Origin: Chiloscyllium plagiosum
Taxonomy: Eukaryota
Assembly (NCBI RefSeq): GCF_004010195.1
Contig: NC_057718.1
Coordinates: forward strand, 94,473,205 to 94,537,204
DNA: 64,000 bases
Direction of reading: 5' to 3'
Both the position numbers and the translations under genes were made by a program. The notes under the pieces are model-generated. The model ran no database searches and had not been told where the DNA came from. It worked only from the letters and a program-made list of their open reading frames with translations. This document shows, in pieces, positions 35,430-48,254 of the stretch (positions are counted from its first letter, which is position 1; every line of letters starts with the position of its first letter).

Positions 35430-36118
35430 AATAGACAATAGACAATAAACAATAGGTGCAGGAGTAGGCCATTCTGCCCTTCGAGCCAGCACCACCATTC
35501 ATTTTGATCATGGCTGATCATCCTTAATCAGTATCCTGTTCCTGCCTTATCTCCATAACCCTTGATTCCACTATCCTTAAGAGCTCTAACCAACTCTTTC
35601 TTGAAAGTATCCAGAGACTTGGCCTCCACAGCCTTCTGGGGCAGAGCATTCCACACACCCACCACTCTCTGGGTGAGGAAGTTTCTCCTCAACTCTGTTC
35701 TGAATGGCTTACCCCTTATTTTTAAACTGTGTCCTCTGGTTCGGGACTCACCCATCAGCGGAAACATGTTTCCTGCCTCCAGAGTGTCCAATCCTTTAAT
35801 AATCTTATACATCTCAATCAGATCCCCTCTCAGTCTTCTAAATTCAAGGGTATACAAGCCCAGTCGCTCCAATCTTTAAGCATAAGATAGTCCCGCCATT
35901 CCGGGAATTGACCTCGTGAACCTACATTGCACTTTCTCAATAGCCAGAATGTCTTTCCTCAAATTTGGAGACCAGAACTGCACATAATACTCCAGGTGCG
36001 GTCTCACCAGGGCCCTGTACAGCTGCAGAAGGTCCGCTTTGCTTCTATACTCAATTCCTCTTGTTAAGAAGGCCAGCATGCTATTAGCTTTCTTCACTGC
36101 CTGCTGTACCTGCATGCT
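35430..36118 (-). mobile_element. Young CR1 3' fragment
   Basis: ORFs 35528-35872 and 35876-36142; (AATAGAC)n tail. Confidence 0.92.
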
Positions 36119-36664
36119 GTGAATAAAAAAAAGATTATGCAATCATGATCACGTTGTTGTTGTTTGTAAGTGTTTGCTGTGTGCAATTGTGTTACTTACA
36201 TTACACCAATGACTGCACTTTAAATATATTTAATTGGTTGCAGATTGCTTTGGAACATCCTAAGCTGCTACATAAATGTAAGTATGCCTTTTCCCTATAG
36301 AAATGTGAGATAAATTATGAATCAAGAAAGCAAAATGTGCCATGATTCTAGAGAGAGCAGAAGAGTTGATATTTCTGGGCTTGAAGCATTTCAAGCCAAC
36401 ATCTGACTCCCTTTTGGAAACAATCCGCACATGTACCGACTCGGTGGTACAAAGCGAGAAAAGGTGAAGTTTTTCATCTTTTGCTCGTCAGGACAGATAG
36501 CAAGAATACAACATTGTCAATCATTGCAAATGCTGAAATGGGCCTGGCAAGGATTGGTATTTCTGTGACAGTACAAGGAAACCTTTGAGAGCATGAATCT
36601 TCTTTTTCAGGACTGAGGACTTGCAGACAGTCTCTCAGTCATCTGCTTAATCATCTTTGTTTCT

Positions 36665-36880
36665 GTGTGACACACACAGATGACAAGGGTCACAAATTAG
36701 ACTGGGACAACACAACAATCATAGGACAAGGCGGACAGAGGACAGCCAGAGAATTTCTGGAAGTATGGCACTCATCCCACGGACTCCATCAACAATCACA
36801 CAGACCTAGACCCAATATATCGGCCACTACATTGAACAACCCGAACCAGCAAGAACAGAGCCAAATAGATTCCAAATTGA
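36665..36880 (+). mobile_element. PLE endonuclease C-terminal fragment
   Basis: THTDDKGHKLDWDNTTIIGQ...TAREFLEVWHS, homologous to 28700-28850. Confidence 0.82.
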
Positions 36881-37194
36881 TGATTAGATTACTTACAATG
36901 TGGAAACAGGTTCTTCGGCCCAACAAGTCCACAGCGACCCTCCGAAGAGCAACCCACCCAGACCCATTCCCCTACATTTACCCCTTCACCTAACACTATG
37001 GGCAATTTAGCATGGCCAAATCACCTAACCTGCACATCTTTGTGACTGTGGGAGGAAACCAGAGCACCCGAAGGAAACCCACGCAGACATGGGGAGAATG
37101 TGCAAACTCCACACAGTCAGTTGCCAAGGCAGGAATTGAACTCGGGTCTCTGGCACTGTGAGGCAGCAGTGATAACCACTGTGCCACTGTGCTG
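36881..37194 (-). mobile_element. HE1-like SINE
   Basis: ORF-track text AQWLSLLPHSARDPSSIP; A and B boxes; GATTAGATT tail. Confidence 0.9.
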
Positions 37195-37557
37195 TAGTTT
37201 TGATTCAGCCATTAATGTATCACTGTTTACGTTTAAAACAGATAAAACTAATGGTTTCTTCAGTTAGCGATTGATTTCAAAATTAGATCAGTCTAAATCA
37301 TTGAGGAGAGATGGCTATGACTGGAATTCCTGCCAACCAAGAAAAGTGACATATTATTGATGTTTGAGGATATTATACGAGATGTTATTCCATTTGTTCC
37401 TGTAGATTTTCCCGTTGCTCTTTCTCATTAGTTCATTTTTACTGTTTGGTAAGTATAACTTAAACTACAGAGCTGAAAGAAATGTATTGGTACTTTATTT
37501 TTAGTAAACAAATAGGTTAATATTTAAACAGTTAACATGTTATGATACTTTAAAGGA

Positions 37558-37860
37558 GTAGAATCATAGAGATATACAACACGGAAACTTTGGGCCAACT
37601 CGTCCATGCCAACCAGATACCCTAAATTAATCTCGTTCCATTTGCCAGCATTTGGCCCATATCCCTCTGAACCCTTCCTATTCATATACCCACCCAGATG
37701 CCTTTTAAATGTTGCAATTGTACCAGCCTCCAACACTTCCTCTGGCAGCACACTCCACACGCACCACCATCCAAGTGAAAAAGTTGCCCTTTTAGTTCTT
37801 TTTAAATCTTTACCCTCTCACCCTGAATCTATGTCTTCTAGTTCTGGACTCCCCCACCCT
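37558..37860 (-). mobile_element. CR1 tail
   Basis: WSVLPEEVLEAGTIATFKRHL...GYGPNAGKW. Confidence 0.88.
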
Positions 37861-38514
37861 GGCTGTTTACCCTGTTTTAGATGGAATCTAAAACAGAAAT
37901 TGCGAGAGAAACCCAGCAGGTCTGGCAGCACCTGTGGAGAGAGAAACAGAGTTAACATTTTGAGTCAAGTGACCCTTCTTCGGTACAGCTTTCTCTCCAC
38001 GGATGCTGTCAGACCTGCTGAGTTTCTCCAGCAAAACCTGATTTTGTTTCAGATTTCCAGCACCTGCAGTTCTTTGTTTTGTATTATCATAAAAGTTATC
38101 TGTGTTATTAACAGAATGTTTGGAAATAGGTGAAATGAAAAAGACAAAATAAAACCAGACTTAAAAATAGCCGATTTATAAAACTATTAATATTTAAAAA
38201 ACAAACATATTTTCAAAAAAGAGAGAGCTTGCAGATTTTAACCGCTGCATTATAGTAGGAGAAGTCTAGCTGAAGTCATTTGTTTCAAGAAAAGCAAACA
38301 GGAAATTCAAAGTTCTATTGACTGAGCCACGGTAGATTTAAGGGACAGTGTAATATTGCAAATGTTTGTAATCTTTAAACCCATGGTTATGGATCTCTAG
38401 TTTCTACTGTCATGAGTTTAAAAGTTAACATAGAAAATGTTAAGCCATTTCCTTGGTAACTGCCACCATATGCCATTAATAAGTGTCTTCAGATGATTTA
38501 TTTAATAGATCTGA

Positions 38515-38835
38515 GTGGCACGGAGGCTCAGTGGTTAGCAGGAGAAACCTGGATTTCTTTCCACCCTCAGGCAACTATGTGGAGTTTGCACATTCTCCCT
38601 GTGTCTGTGTGGGTTTCTTCCTGGTGCTCCTGTTTCCTCCCACAGTACAAAGATGTGCAGGTTAGGTGGACTGGCCATGCTAAATTGCCCATGGTGTCCA
38701 ACGATGTGCAGGCGAGGTGGATTAGCCGTGGCAAATGGGGATAGGATAGGGAGGTTGGTCAGGGTGGGATGCCCCTTGGGGGACAGTGTGGACTCACTGG
38801 GCCAAATGACCTGCTTCCACACTGTACAGATTCTA
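38515..38835 (+). mobile_element. HE1-like SINE
   Basis: GGCACGGAGGCTCAGTGGTTAGCA head, core, CCACACTGTA tail. Confidence 0.88.
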
Positions 38836-39662
38836 GACACATTTTGAGAACACATTATCAACACATCTCAGATTTTCACAGCAAGTTATATTCAAATCAG
38901 TTTTTTTTCATCCTAATTTGTCATTTTATCTGGTCCTTGCCTTGTCACATCTGTATGTTTATTCAATCCAGTCAAATTGATTTCAACAGAGAAGGACATT
39001 TAAGGTGGAGTCACATTCCAACTTGTTCATACTGGTGCAGGAATACAGGAATATTTGGCTGTTTAATTAATATAGAAGGGATACCATACATGGGTAGATT
39101 CAAACAGCCAGCAAATGGTTCTGAAATACCTCCATCAAGTTATTGAAATAACAACCATTCCAGAAAAAGTGATTACTGATCTTTCAGGAATGTGTGCAGA
39201 TTTTATGGATGGTAGTCTGAATGCTCCCGGTGCGAAACAAAACTTTTTTTTACATATAGTACATGTGATTTATGCCCTTGTCAAATGACACATCTGAGAC
39301 CAATAACTGCAGAGTAGATTCCAGCCACACAGAACCAGTGTTTACATTGCCTGGCACCCAACTGGCTGGGACTGCCTTACCCAGGAAAGACGCATGCTGT
39401 GCCTGTCTGGAGGCGGCTGAGTCAGAGATCACTCTGCGGTATTTAAAGATATGTTTCAAGAAGAAGCTGGAAGCCTGTGGGTTTGGGAGTGGCATCCCCA
39501 CTCTCTCTAAACACTTAGAAAGTGCTCAGTGCATTGTATGGACTCCCTAAGCATCTTGTAAAAGAGGCATGCCATCAGAGTGGGTTTACACCAGACAGTG
39601 GTGGAATTCTCTGCCATGGGAAATTGTTGAGGCCAAAACACCAAAGACTTTCAAGAAAGATG

Positions 39663-39848
39663 AAATCAAAAATCACACAACACCGGGTTATAGTCCAACA
39701 GGCTTATTTGACAGTGCAACCTTTCAGAGCCCTGCTCCTTCCTCAGAGCTCCGAAAGCTTGTGGTTTCAAATAAGCCTGTTGGACTGTAACCTGGTGTCA
39801 TGTGATTTTTGATTTTGTCCACCCCAGTCCAACACTGGCACCTCCACA
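39663..39848. mobile_element. Foldback PLE-derived insert (third family) inside a CR1 tail (39575-40015)
   Basis: TSD TCAAG(A/G)AAGATG at 39651-39662 and 39849-39860; arms meet at hammerhead remnant GCTCCGAAAGCT; relative at 53292-53450. Confidence 0.75.
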
Positions 39849-40163
39849 TCAAGGAAGATGTAGAAGTAGCAGTTAGGTCAAAAGGGGTCAAAGCATGTGG
39901 GGAGAAACAGGCACTAAGTTGGATGATCAGCCACAATCATATTGAATGGCAGAGCAGGCTCGAAAGGCTGAATGGCCTCCTCCTGCTCATAAAGTTTATT
40001 TGATGTTTCTATGTAACTTTGCGGCAAAGTGAAAAGGATAGTCCTGTCTCCCTGGATGTACTCCTTGACTTGCTTGGTTGCTCAGTTAGACTCTGTGATT
40101 TGCATTGTCAAAATAATATTATGTAAATCCTTAAAGATCACCCAGAAAGTAAGACAACATAAC

Positions 40164-40485
40164 GAGGTCTTTTTCCTAGTGTGGGGGAGTCCAGACTAGA
40201 GGGCACAAGTTTAGGGTGAGAGGGGAAAGATATAAAAGGGACCTAAGAGGCAACATTTTCATGCAGAGGGTGGTACATGTTTGGAATAAGCTGCCAGAGG
40301 ATGTGGTGGAGGGTGGTAAAATTGCAACATTTAAAAGGCATCGGGATGGGTAAATGAATAGGAAGGGTTAGAGGGATATGGACCAAGTGCTGGCGGATGG
40401 GATTAGATTAATTTAGGATATCTAGTTGGCATGGATGAGTTGGACCGAAGGGGCTGTTTCTGTGCAACATCTCTATGACGCTATT
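40164..40485 (+). mobile_element. CR1 tail
   Basis: GGGGAGTCCAGACTAGAGGGCAC...CTCTATGAC, same family as 20040-20360. Confidence 0.85.
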
Positions 40486-41069
40486 GCTTAACCGAACGCA
40501 AATTAATTCTGTTCAACAAAAGCTCTCTCCATCCACTGCATTCTGATCCTCAGCTGCCATCCTGCACACACCATTCCTTGGTTGGAAGAAGACCATGTTC
40601 AAAGTTATCACTGCACTCTCAGCCCCAGTCTATGGGTACCATCCTCCTTCATCATTGGGGTTCCTATTTGATGACCAGGGTGGGGTGGGGGTGTAGCTGG
40701 TTAGATCTATTTTTTGGAAAGACCTACAAAAGACCAATGGTGATGCCACCATTCGGCTTTCACCAGAAATTAAGACACTGAGAGAAGGAATCTCACCTAG
40801 CTCTTGCAGGTAGCAGCGCCATTGGGAGGGCTGTGGCTGCTGCAGGGAAGGACAGTCCCTAGAATCACAAAGGATGGATGAAGGCTATAGGTTAGTAATT
40901 GGAGCTGGGGGATTTTATGGTTGGAGAGCGTGGAGAGAGGGCCTCACCGGCAGCGGTGATACTCACCAAGCTTCCATCTTTCAGATAGCCATTCGCTGGG
41001 TCCCTCAAATCGGGGCCAGCTATTTTTGCCTAGGGGAGCTGTGCCCCCATGTGAGTAGCCATGGGCCTC

Positions 41070-41467
41070 ATCTTCCACCTAGGAACCCTCCAACCACAAG
41101 GGATGAACTCGGATTTCACCAGTTTCCTCATTTCCCCTCCCCCCACCTTGTCTCAGTCAAATCTATCGAATTCAGCACCGCCCTCCTAACCTGCAATCTT
41201 CTTCCTGACCTCTCCGCCCCCACCCCAGTCTGACCTATCACCCTCACCTTGACCTCTTTCCACCTATCACATTTCCGACACCCCTCCCCCAAGTCCCTCC
41301 TCCCTACCTTTTATCTTAGCCTGCTGGACAAACTTTCCTCATTCCTGGGGAAGGGCTTATTCTCCGTCGATTCTCCTGTTCCTTGGATGCTGCCTGACCT
41401 GCTGCGCTTTTCCAGCAACACATTTTCAGCTCTGATCTCCAGCATCTGCAGACCTCACTTTCTCCTC
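41070..41467 (+). mobile_element. PLE 3' end (ORF end, pyrimidine-rich UTR, pLTR)
   Basis: LGTLQPQGMNSDF-like ORF end; pLTR matches the 5522 family; hammerhead damaged at ~41345-41370. Confidence 0.8.
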
Positions 41468-41507
41468 ACATTATTCTCAGCCTTATAAAAAACACCACCA
41501 TTCAACT

Positions 41508-41830
41508 GGGGTGGCATGGTAGCTCAGTGGTTAGCACCGCTGCCTCACAGTACCAGGGACCCGGGTTCAATTCTAACCTCAGTCAACTGTTTGTGTGGCG
41601 TTTGCACATTCTCTCTGTGTCTGCGTGGGTTTCCTCCCACAATGCAAAGATGTGCAGGTTAGATATATTAGCCATGATAACTTGCCCATAGTGTTCAGGG
41701 ATGTGCAGTCTGATGGCTTAGCAATGAAAAATGCAGTGATAGGGTCTGGGTCGGGTGGTCTTCAGATGGTCGCTGTGGATTCAATGGGCCGAATGGCTTG
41801 CTTCCACACTGTAGGGATTCTCTGATTCTA
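41508..41830 (+). mobile_element. HE1-like SINE
   Basis: TAGCTCAGTGGTTAGC A box, GGTTCAATTC B box, tail. Confidence 0.88.
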
Positions 41831-41869
41831 AAAGAGACAATGTGTTGATGAATGTTGTCAGTCATCAGT

Positions 41870-42445
41870 CTCAAAACGTGTGGTGCTGGAAAAACACAGC
41901 AGGTCAGACAGCATCCAAGGAGCAGGAGAGTTGACGGTGTGAGCATGAGTTCTTCATCAGGAATGTTGAGGGGTGCCCAAGGGGTTTGAGAGATACATTG
42001 GAGAAGGGTGGGGCTCAGGGGAAGGTAGCTTGGAAAGATACCTTGGAAAGTTACCTTGGAAAGTGGAAGATGATGGTGATAGATTGGTGGAGAGGATGGA
42101 GCGGACAGTTGGGAAGGAAGATGGACAGGTGGGAGAAGTTCAACAGAGCGATGCCTAGTTGGAGGATTAGATCTGGAATGGTGTGGGGGGAGGGGAAATG
42201 AGGAAACTGTTGAAATCGACTTTGATTGGTTGGAGGGTTTTCCTCCACTTTGGGTGGCTTGGATTTGGCGGTGGAGAGGCCTAGGAATTGCATGTCCTTG
42301 GTGGAGTGGGAGGAGGAGCTGAAGTGGTCAGCCACAGAGCGGTGGGGTTGGTTGGTGTGTGTGTCCCAGAGATGTTTCCTGAAACGTTTGGTAAGTTGGC
42401 GACCTGTCTCCCCACTGTAGGGAAGACCACATCGACAGTAGATGA
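41870..42445 (-). mobile_element. PLE fragment with GIY-YIG remnant and pLTR
   Basis: ORF 42051-42467 LIYCRCGLPYSGETGRQLTKRFRKHL...VADHFSSSSHS; CTGATGA retained (~41954-41960) but GAAA lost. Confidence 0.82.
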
Positions 42446-43667
42446 GGTGTTGATGAACAATGATCACAGAAGAAATTAAACTAAAGAAGACTATTCAGTC
42501 CATCGTGTCTCAAGAATACAAAAACATTGGCGCATTTAAGTATTTCTCAATTGAAACTGATGTCTTGATCACATCAACCTTTCTTGGTCTTACTGTCCTT
42601 CTACATGAGGCGATGTCCCTCAGTATGATTCTATATTTACTCTCTCCGCTCTATTATTTTTTGCACATCAGGAGGAAATTCCCACCTCCCCATTTTTCAT
42701 TGTGGCCAGCAAGTGAAGTCTGATAAGTAGGTTATGCATCAGAGCACACGTGTATTTTGGCAACTGGATAAGCTGAGCCTACTAACATAGTGAGGTCTAA
42801 CAGTGCTGAGGGAGTACTGGATTATTGAGGGAGCTGTATTATAGTTACGAAGAAAAAGTGAAGTCTCACCTGTCTGAATGCAATTTGATGAAATTAATCA
42901 CTGGCCTGGAATCCTGACCAGGATTCAACCACATTGTCAGTGGTTCTGGAGTCATATATAGGCCACAGTTGGTAAAGCTGGCAACTTTCCTTCCCCAAAG
43001 GACATTCATGAACCAGAAGGGTTTTTAACAACAATCAACAGCCATTAGCGAAGCCAGATTGCTTTTGGATTCTAATTTAATCAAGAGACCTTGGGGAAAT
43101 TTGAACCCATGTTCCCAGAACATTAGCCTGGGATTCTACATTAGCAATCAAAAGTTGTGGCATTGGAAAAACACAGCAGGTCAGGCAGCATCCAAAGAGT
43201 AGGAGAGTCCATGATTTGGGCATAATCCTTTCATTATGAGTGACATTACCATTATTAGTCCATTACCCCTATTGCCAGCTGAGTATTGGTAACTACACTT
43301 CCAAAATAATTTGCCTGCAGCGTGCTTTAGAAAGATTCTAAGAGTATGATAAAGCATTCTTCAGATGCTTTCTTGCAGGAACTCGTACAGATTAATTGAT
43401 TAATTTAAGATAGTGTCGACCATGCTGTGCAAAGCTGTTGTTGTGAAACGCTCTCTCGAATTGTATCCTCGAGATTTCTATCTTCAAACCATTTTCCATC
43501 AGCAGATCTTGTGGGTAGCATGCCTGCCTCTCAGATAGAAACTCCATATCTGAGTCCCCACTCCAGGATTTGATGGCCAAGGGAGGTGTGCTCATGCAGG
43601 TAGACATCCAATCTGCAAATCCTTACAATGATCTTGCAATGACTCTTAACGATTTTGATGACTCTTA

Positions 43668-44112
43668 CCAGCATGGTATGGTAGCTGCTCTTCCCAAGGC
43701 TGCAAGACATTACAGAGAGGTCTGGACACAACCCAGTCCATCACGATAAACAGCCTTCCATCCATTGACTCCGTCTACACTTCCTGCTGCCTTAGGAAAG
43801 CATCCAGCATCATCAAAGACCTGTCCCATCCCAGTGATACTCCCTTCCACTCTCTTCCTGAGAAATACAGAAGTTTGAAAACACACACCAACAAATTCAA
43901 TTACAGCTTCTTCCCCACTGTTATCAGACTTAGGAATGGACCTCTCATAGAGTTGAGCTTTCTCTGCACTTTTTCTGTAGCTGTGATGCTATATTCTGCA
44001 TTCTGTTCTATGACCCCGATGTACCTAGGTAAGGTAAGATTTGTCTGGATAGCACGCAAATCAATATTTTCACTGTGTCTCAGTTCATGTGACAATAAGA
44101 AATCGAATCAAA
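43668..44112 (+). mobile_element. Rex1/Babar-like LINE 3' fragment
   Basis: AWYGSCS...LPSIDSVY...KASSIIKD...KTHTNKFNYSFFPTVIRL; tail TTTCACTGT...CATGTGACAATAA. Confidence 0.75.
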
Positions 44113-44256
44113 ACGCAAACATTGCACGCCACTGGGATGTGGGAAGAGTGTGAATGCTGGAGGCTCTACCATCAATGCCATGCTACAATGACAACAACAA
44201 TTTGGACTCCTTGGGAAGCAGGTTGGCTGGATGACCAGTGCAGATGAAATGGTGCC

Positions 44257-44478
44257 TGAAATAACTCCACAGAGGCTGATATCCCAATACCAAGTCATCC
44301 TTTACTTACACGTGGAGAGTTCTTGACAATGATTCCACTCTCTCAGAACTAGCACTCAGAGTGAACATGATGTCTGACACTCAAATTCATATCCATCAGC
44401 CAGGGCTCCCTGATTGGACCAATCCGGGAACTAATATTCTATGAGGTCCACTTGGTTGACCTTGTTTCAATCATAACA
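44257..44478. mobile_element. Solo LTR (222 bp) of an LTR retrotransposon
   Basis: TG...CA ends with exact 5-bp TSD GTGCC (44252-44256, 44479-44483), inserted in a SINE head related to 52620-52815. Confidence 0.8.
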
Positions 44479-44564
44479 GTGCCAGCAGCATAGAGTTCAT
44501 CCCTGTTATAGCTGGAATGGATTCAGGGCTTTTTCCACACTGTAGGGAATCTAATCTAATCTCG

Positions 44565-44897
44565 ACCCTTCGGTCCAATCAGTCTATGCCAAACATAATC
44601 CCAAACTAAACTCGTCCCACCTCATGTCTTTATTAAATCTCCCTCCTCTCACCTTAAAAATGTGTCCCCTAGTCTTGAAATTCCCCATCCCAAGAGAAAG
44701 AGCACCTGCCATTAACTCTATCTGTACCCCTGATGATTTTATAAACCTCTCTAAGGGCACCTCGCAAGCTCCTCAACTCCAGTGAAAACAATCTCAGCTT
44801 ATCCAATCTTTCTTCATAACTGAAACCTTCCGTACCTGACAACATCCTGGTAAATCTCTTCTGAACCCTTTCTTGCTTGATAATATCCTTCTTATAA
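44565..44897 (-). mobile_element. CR1 3' fragment
   Basis: ERVQKRFTRML...SLELRSLRGALREVYKII. Confidence 0.85.
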
Positions 44898-45179
44898 ACT
44901 TTAACTCTGTTTTCTCTCCACATATGCTGCTAGACATGTTGAGTTTCTCCAGCACTTTCTGTTTTTGTTTCAGGTTTGTGGCACCTGCAGTTCTTTGTAT
45001 TATTTACTTACTTCAGCTTTAATTAACCTTATCTTAGTGTAACATTATTCACTTTAACTTTAAACTTATTTTTGTATTGTTTACGATAAACCGGAGCTTA
45101 TTAGAAAGTAGAAATTCTTCACCCTGACCCAAAATCCCTCTCTTGGCCAATAAATGCTTACTTGCCCTGTGTGACTTCA

Positions 45180-45500
45180 GGGTGGCATGGTGGCTCAGTT
45201 ACCTCACAGTGCCAGGGACGCGGGTTCGATTCCAGCCTCGGGTGACTGTGTGGAGTTTGCAAACTCCCTTCTTGTCTGTGTGGGTTTCCTCCCACAGTCC
45301 AAAGTTGTGCAGGTTAGGTGGATTTTGCCATGCTAAATTGCCCAGAGTGTCCAGGGATGTGCAGGTTAGGTGGGTTAGCTGTGGGAAATGCAGGGTGTCA
45401 GGGACGAAGTGGATCTGGGTGGGATGACCTTCAGACGGCTGATGCTGACTGGATGGGCCGAATGTCCTGCTTCCATACTGTAGGGGTTCAATGATTCTAG
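45180..45500 (+). mobile_element. HE1-like SINE
   Basis: GGTGGCATGGTGGCTCAGTT, GGTTCGATTCC, core and tail. Confidence 0.88.
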
Positions 45501-46091
45501 TTGAACAGTTTCCAGCTTTCAAAATGACTGAAATACAGTCCTGAACAAGCAGTTGCTGAAAAACCACAGCTTTCCTGTGATGTCAATGTTGACACGTTTC
45601 TCTGTTGCTGTGTCATGTTCTGGAGGCTTTCTGCCTCTGCTCTTGAACCTAAGTCTGTCCTGCAGTGGGGAAAGACGAAAGGCTTCACTGTAATGAACAG
45701 AAGCAAGTTAAAGAATTGATTCAAAGGGAAAACGACATAAGCCCTGATTGATAGTGAAGACAGCACTGATGAGGGATATAGTGATGGCATGTAAACAAAG
45801 AACTGTGGATGCTGAAAATCTGAAACAAAAACAGAAATTGATTGAGACGCTGAGTAGATCTGGTAGCATCTGTGGAGAGAGAAACAGAATTAATTTTTCG
45901 TGTCCAGTGACCCTTCTTCAGAATGATGAAAACGATGGTTTGCTGCACTCCTGCCATTTTAAGATCAGCATCTTCACAAGTCTCAGGCCTCCTGTGTGTT
46001 AAAACATGATCACCCAACACCCCCCATTACTGTCGGTGTCTCTTAATACCATGTTGAAGATGCTAATACCATTAAAAAGAGTTTATTAAAG

Positions 46092-46398
46092 TGGGGTGGC
46101 ATGGTGGTTTGGTGGTTAGCACTGCTGCCTCACAGCATCAGGGTCCCAGGTTTGATTCCAGCCTCAGGTGACTGTCTGTGTGGAGTTTGCACATTCTCCC
46201 CGTGTCTGTGCGGGTTTGCTCCGGTTTCCTCCCACAGTCCAAAGATGTGCAGATTAGGTGAATTGACCATGCTAAATTGTCCATAGTGCTAGGTGCATTA
46301 GTCAGAGGGTAATGGGTCTGGGTGGGTTACTCTTCAGAGGATTGGTATGGACTGGTTGGGCCGAAGAGCCTGTTTCTGCACTTTAGGGAATCTAATCT
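46092..46398 (+). mobile_element. HE1-like SINE
   Basis: Head, core and GGGAATCTAATCT tail. Confidence 0.9.
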
Positions 46399-46436
46399 TA
46401 AAGAAATACAGTACAGATAACATAATTAACCATCTC

Positions 46437-46752
46437 AGAACATGAAAATATGGAGTAGACCATTTGGTCATTGAGTCTGTCCACCAATCAGTAACTCTGT
46501 CCCCTATCCCTGCTTTCTCTCCATGCCCTTTAGCCCGAAGAACTATGTTCAACTCTTTCTTGAAAACATTCAATGTTTTGGCCTCAACCATTTTCTGTGG
46601 CAGAGAATTCCACAAACCCATCCATCTCTGGGGGAAGAAATCTTTCCTCGCCTCAGTCTTAAGTGACTTCAAACTGTGACCCCCTATTTCTAGACTCCCT
46701 GTTCATCAGGAACATCATTCCTGTGTTTATCCTGTGCTGTCCTGTTAGAATG
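46437..46752 (-). mobile_element. CR1 tail
   Basis: RKDFFPQRWMGLWNSLPQKMVEAKTLNVFKKEL. Confidence 0.85.
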
Positions 46753-47537
46753 TGATAATGACTAGATACTAAATATTGAACCAAAATTTGGACAGAAGTC
46801 CACTCCATTTGTTTTAAAAATCATGCTAAGAGACCTTACACATCAATGTGAGAGAGCAGACATGCATCTCAATTTAACACCTGACTGGATAGACAACTCT
46901 TCTGATGGTGCTATTGACACATAGCATCCTTTTGGAATATCATTCTGGATTTTGCCCTCAAGTCTGGAGTGGGACTGACTGAGACTGAACCAGGGTCAAC
47001 ACTTCGCAGAGAATATCCACTGGAAATGAGTAAAAGAAGGGGACTTGGTGCAAGATGGGATGGACGGCAGAATGCAAGGTTGAAATGGGAGGGTGCACCA
47101 AAACCGTGGACAGGGTTGGAGGATGAGGAAGAAGATTTTGGAAAGCAATGCAAGACTGAGACTCAATGAGGGTCACCAAGGAAGGATAGGTGATAGTTGA
47201 GTGGAGTACATGTTATGGCCTTGGCAGCTAAGATCTGAATTTTGTTTTATTCGTTCATGGATGAAGGCATTGATAGCTAAGCCAGTATTTATTATCCATC
47301 ACTAATTGCCCAGAGGGGTTTAAGAGTCAAACACATTGCTGTGAGTCTAGCGTCATATGCAGGCCAGATCAGGTAAGGATGGCAGTTTTCTTCCCTGAAG
47401 GATGTTAGTGAACCAATGGGGTTTTCCCAACAATTGGCAATGGATTCATGGTCATTATTAGACTCTTAATTCCAGAGATCATTCAATTCAGATTCCACCA
47501 TCTGCCATGGTGGGATTTGAACCAGGTCCCCAGAACT

Positions 47538-48008
47538 TGGGTGGCATGGTGGTTCAGTGGTTAGCATTGCTGCCTCAAAGCGCCAGGGACCCAGGTTCGA
47601 TTCCAGCCTCGGGCAACTGTCTGCGTGGATTTTTTTTTACATTCTCCCCATGTCTGCATGGGTTTCCTCCCACAGTCCAAAGATGTGCAGGTTAGGTGAA
47701 TTGGCTATTCTAAATTGCCCATAGTGTTAGGTGCATTAGTCAGAGAGAAATGGGTCTGGGAGGGTTGGTGTGGGCTTGTTGGGCCGAAGGACCTGTTTCC
47801 ACACTGTAGGGAATCTAATCTAATCTAATCTAAAGATATGCAGGTTAGGTGAATTGGCCATGCTAAAATTGCCCTTATTGTTAAGTGCATCAGTCAGGAA
47901 TAAATATAGGGTAGGGGAATGGGTCTGGGTGAGCTACTCTTTGGAGGGTTGGTGTGGGCTTGTTGGGCCGAAGAGCCTATTTCCATACTTTGGGGAATCT
48001 AATCTAAA
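47538..48008 (+). mobile_element. HE1-like SINE plus tandem second 3' half, nested in a second-family SINE
   Basis: Full copy 47538-47832 with (AATCT)n, then AAAGATATGCAGGTTAGG...AATCTAATCT; host SINE resumes at ~48009. Confidence 0.85.
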
Positions 48009-48254
48009 CATTAGCTGGGTCTCTGAGTTAACAGTCCAGCAATAATACCACTAGGCCATTGCCTTCCCTTTGAATGAGGGAGCAGGCTCAAAGGGCCGAA
48101 TGGCCTACTTGTGCACCTATTTTCTTTGTTTCTTAAGGAGTGTTTTAGAAACAAGAGCCAACCTCCCAGCTGGTTTGCAGAGCTCACTCTCTGTTGTAAA
48201 TACAAGTTTGACCACACTTTTCATTCATAAATTCAACACATTCTTAGTGATTTG

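Noticed and set aside
41340..43215. Active hammerheads at ~41345, ~41955 and ~43190
   Set aside because: CTGANGA or GAAA boxes are mutated or deleted; counted only as decayed copies.
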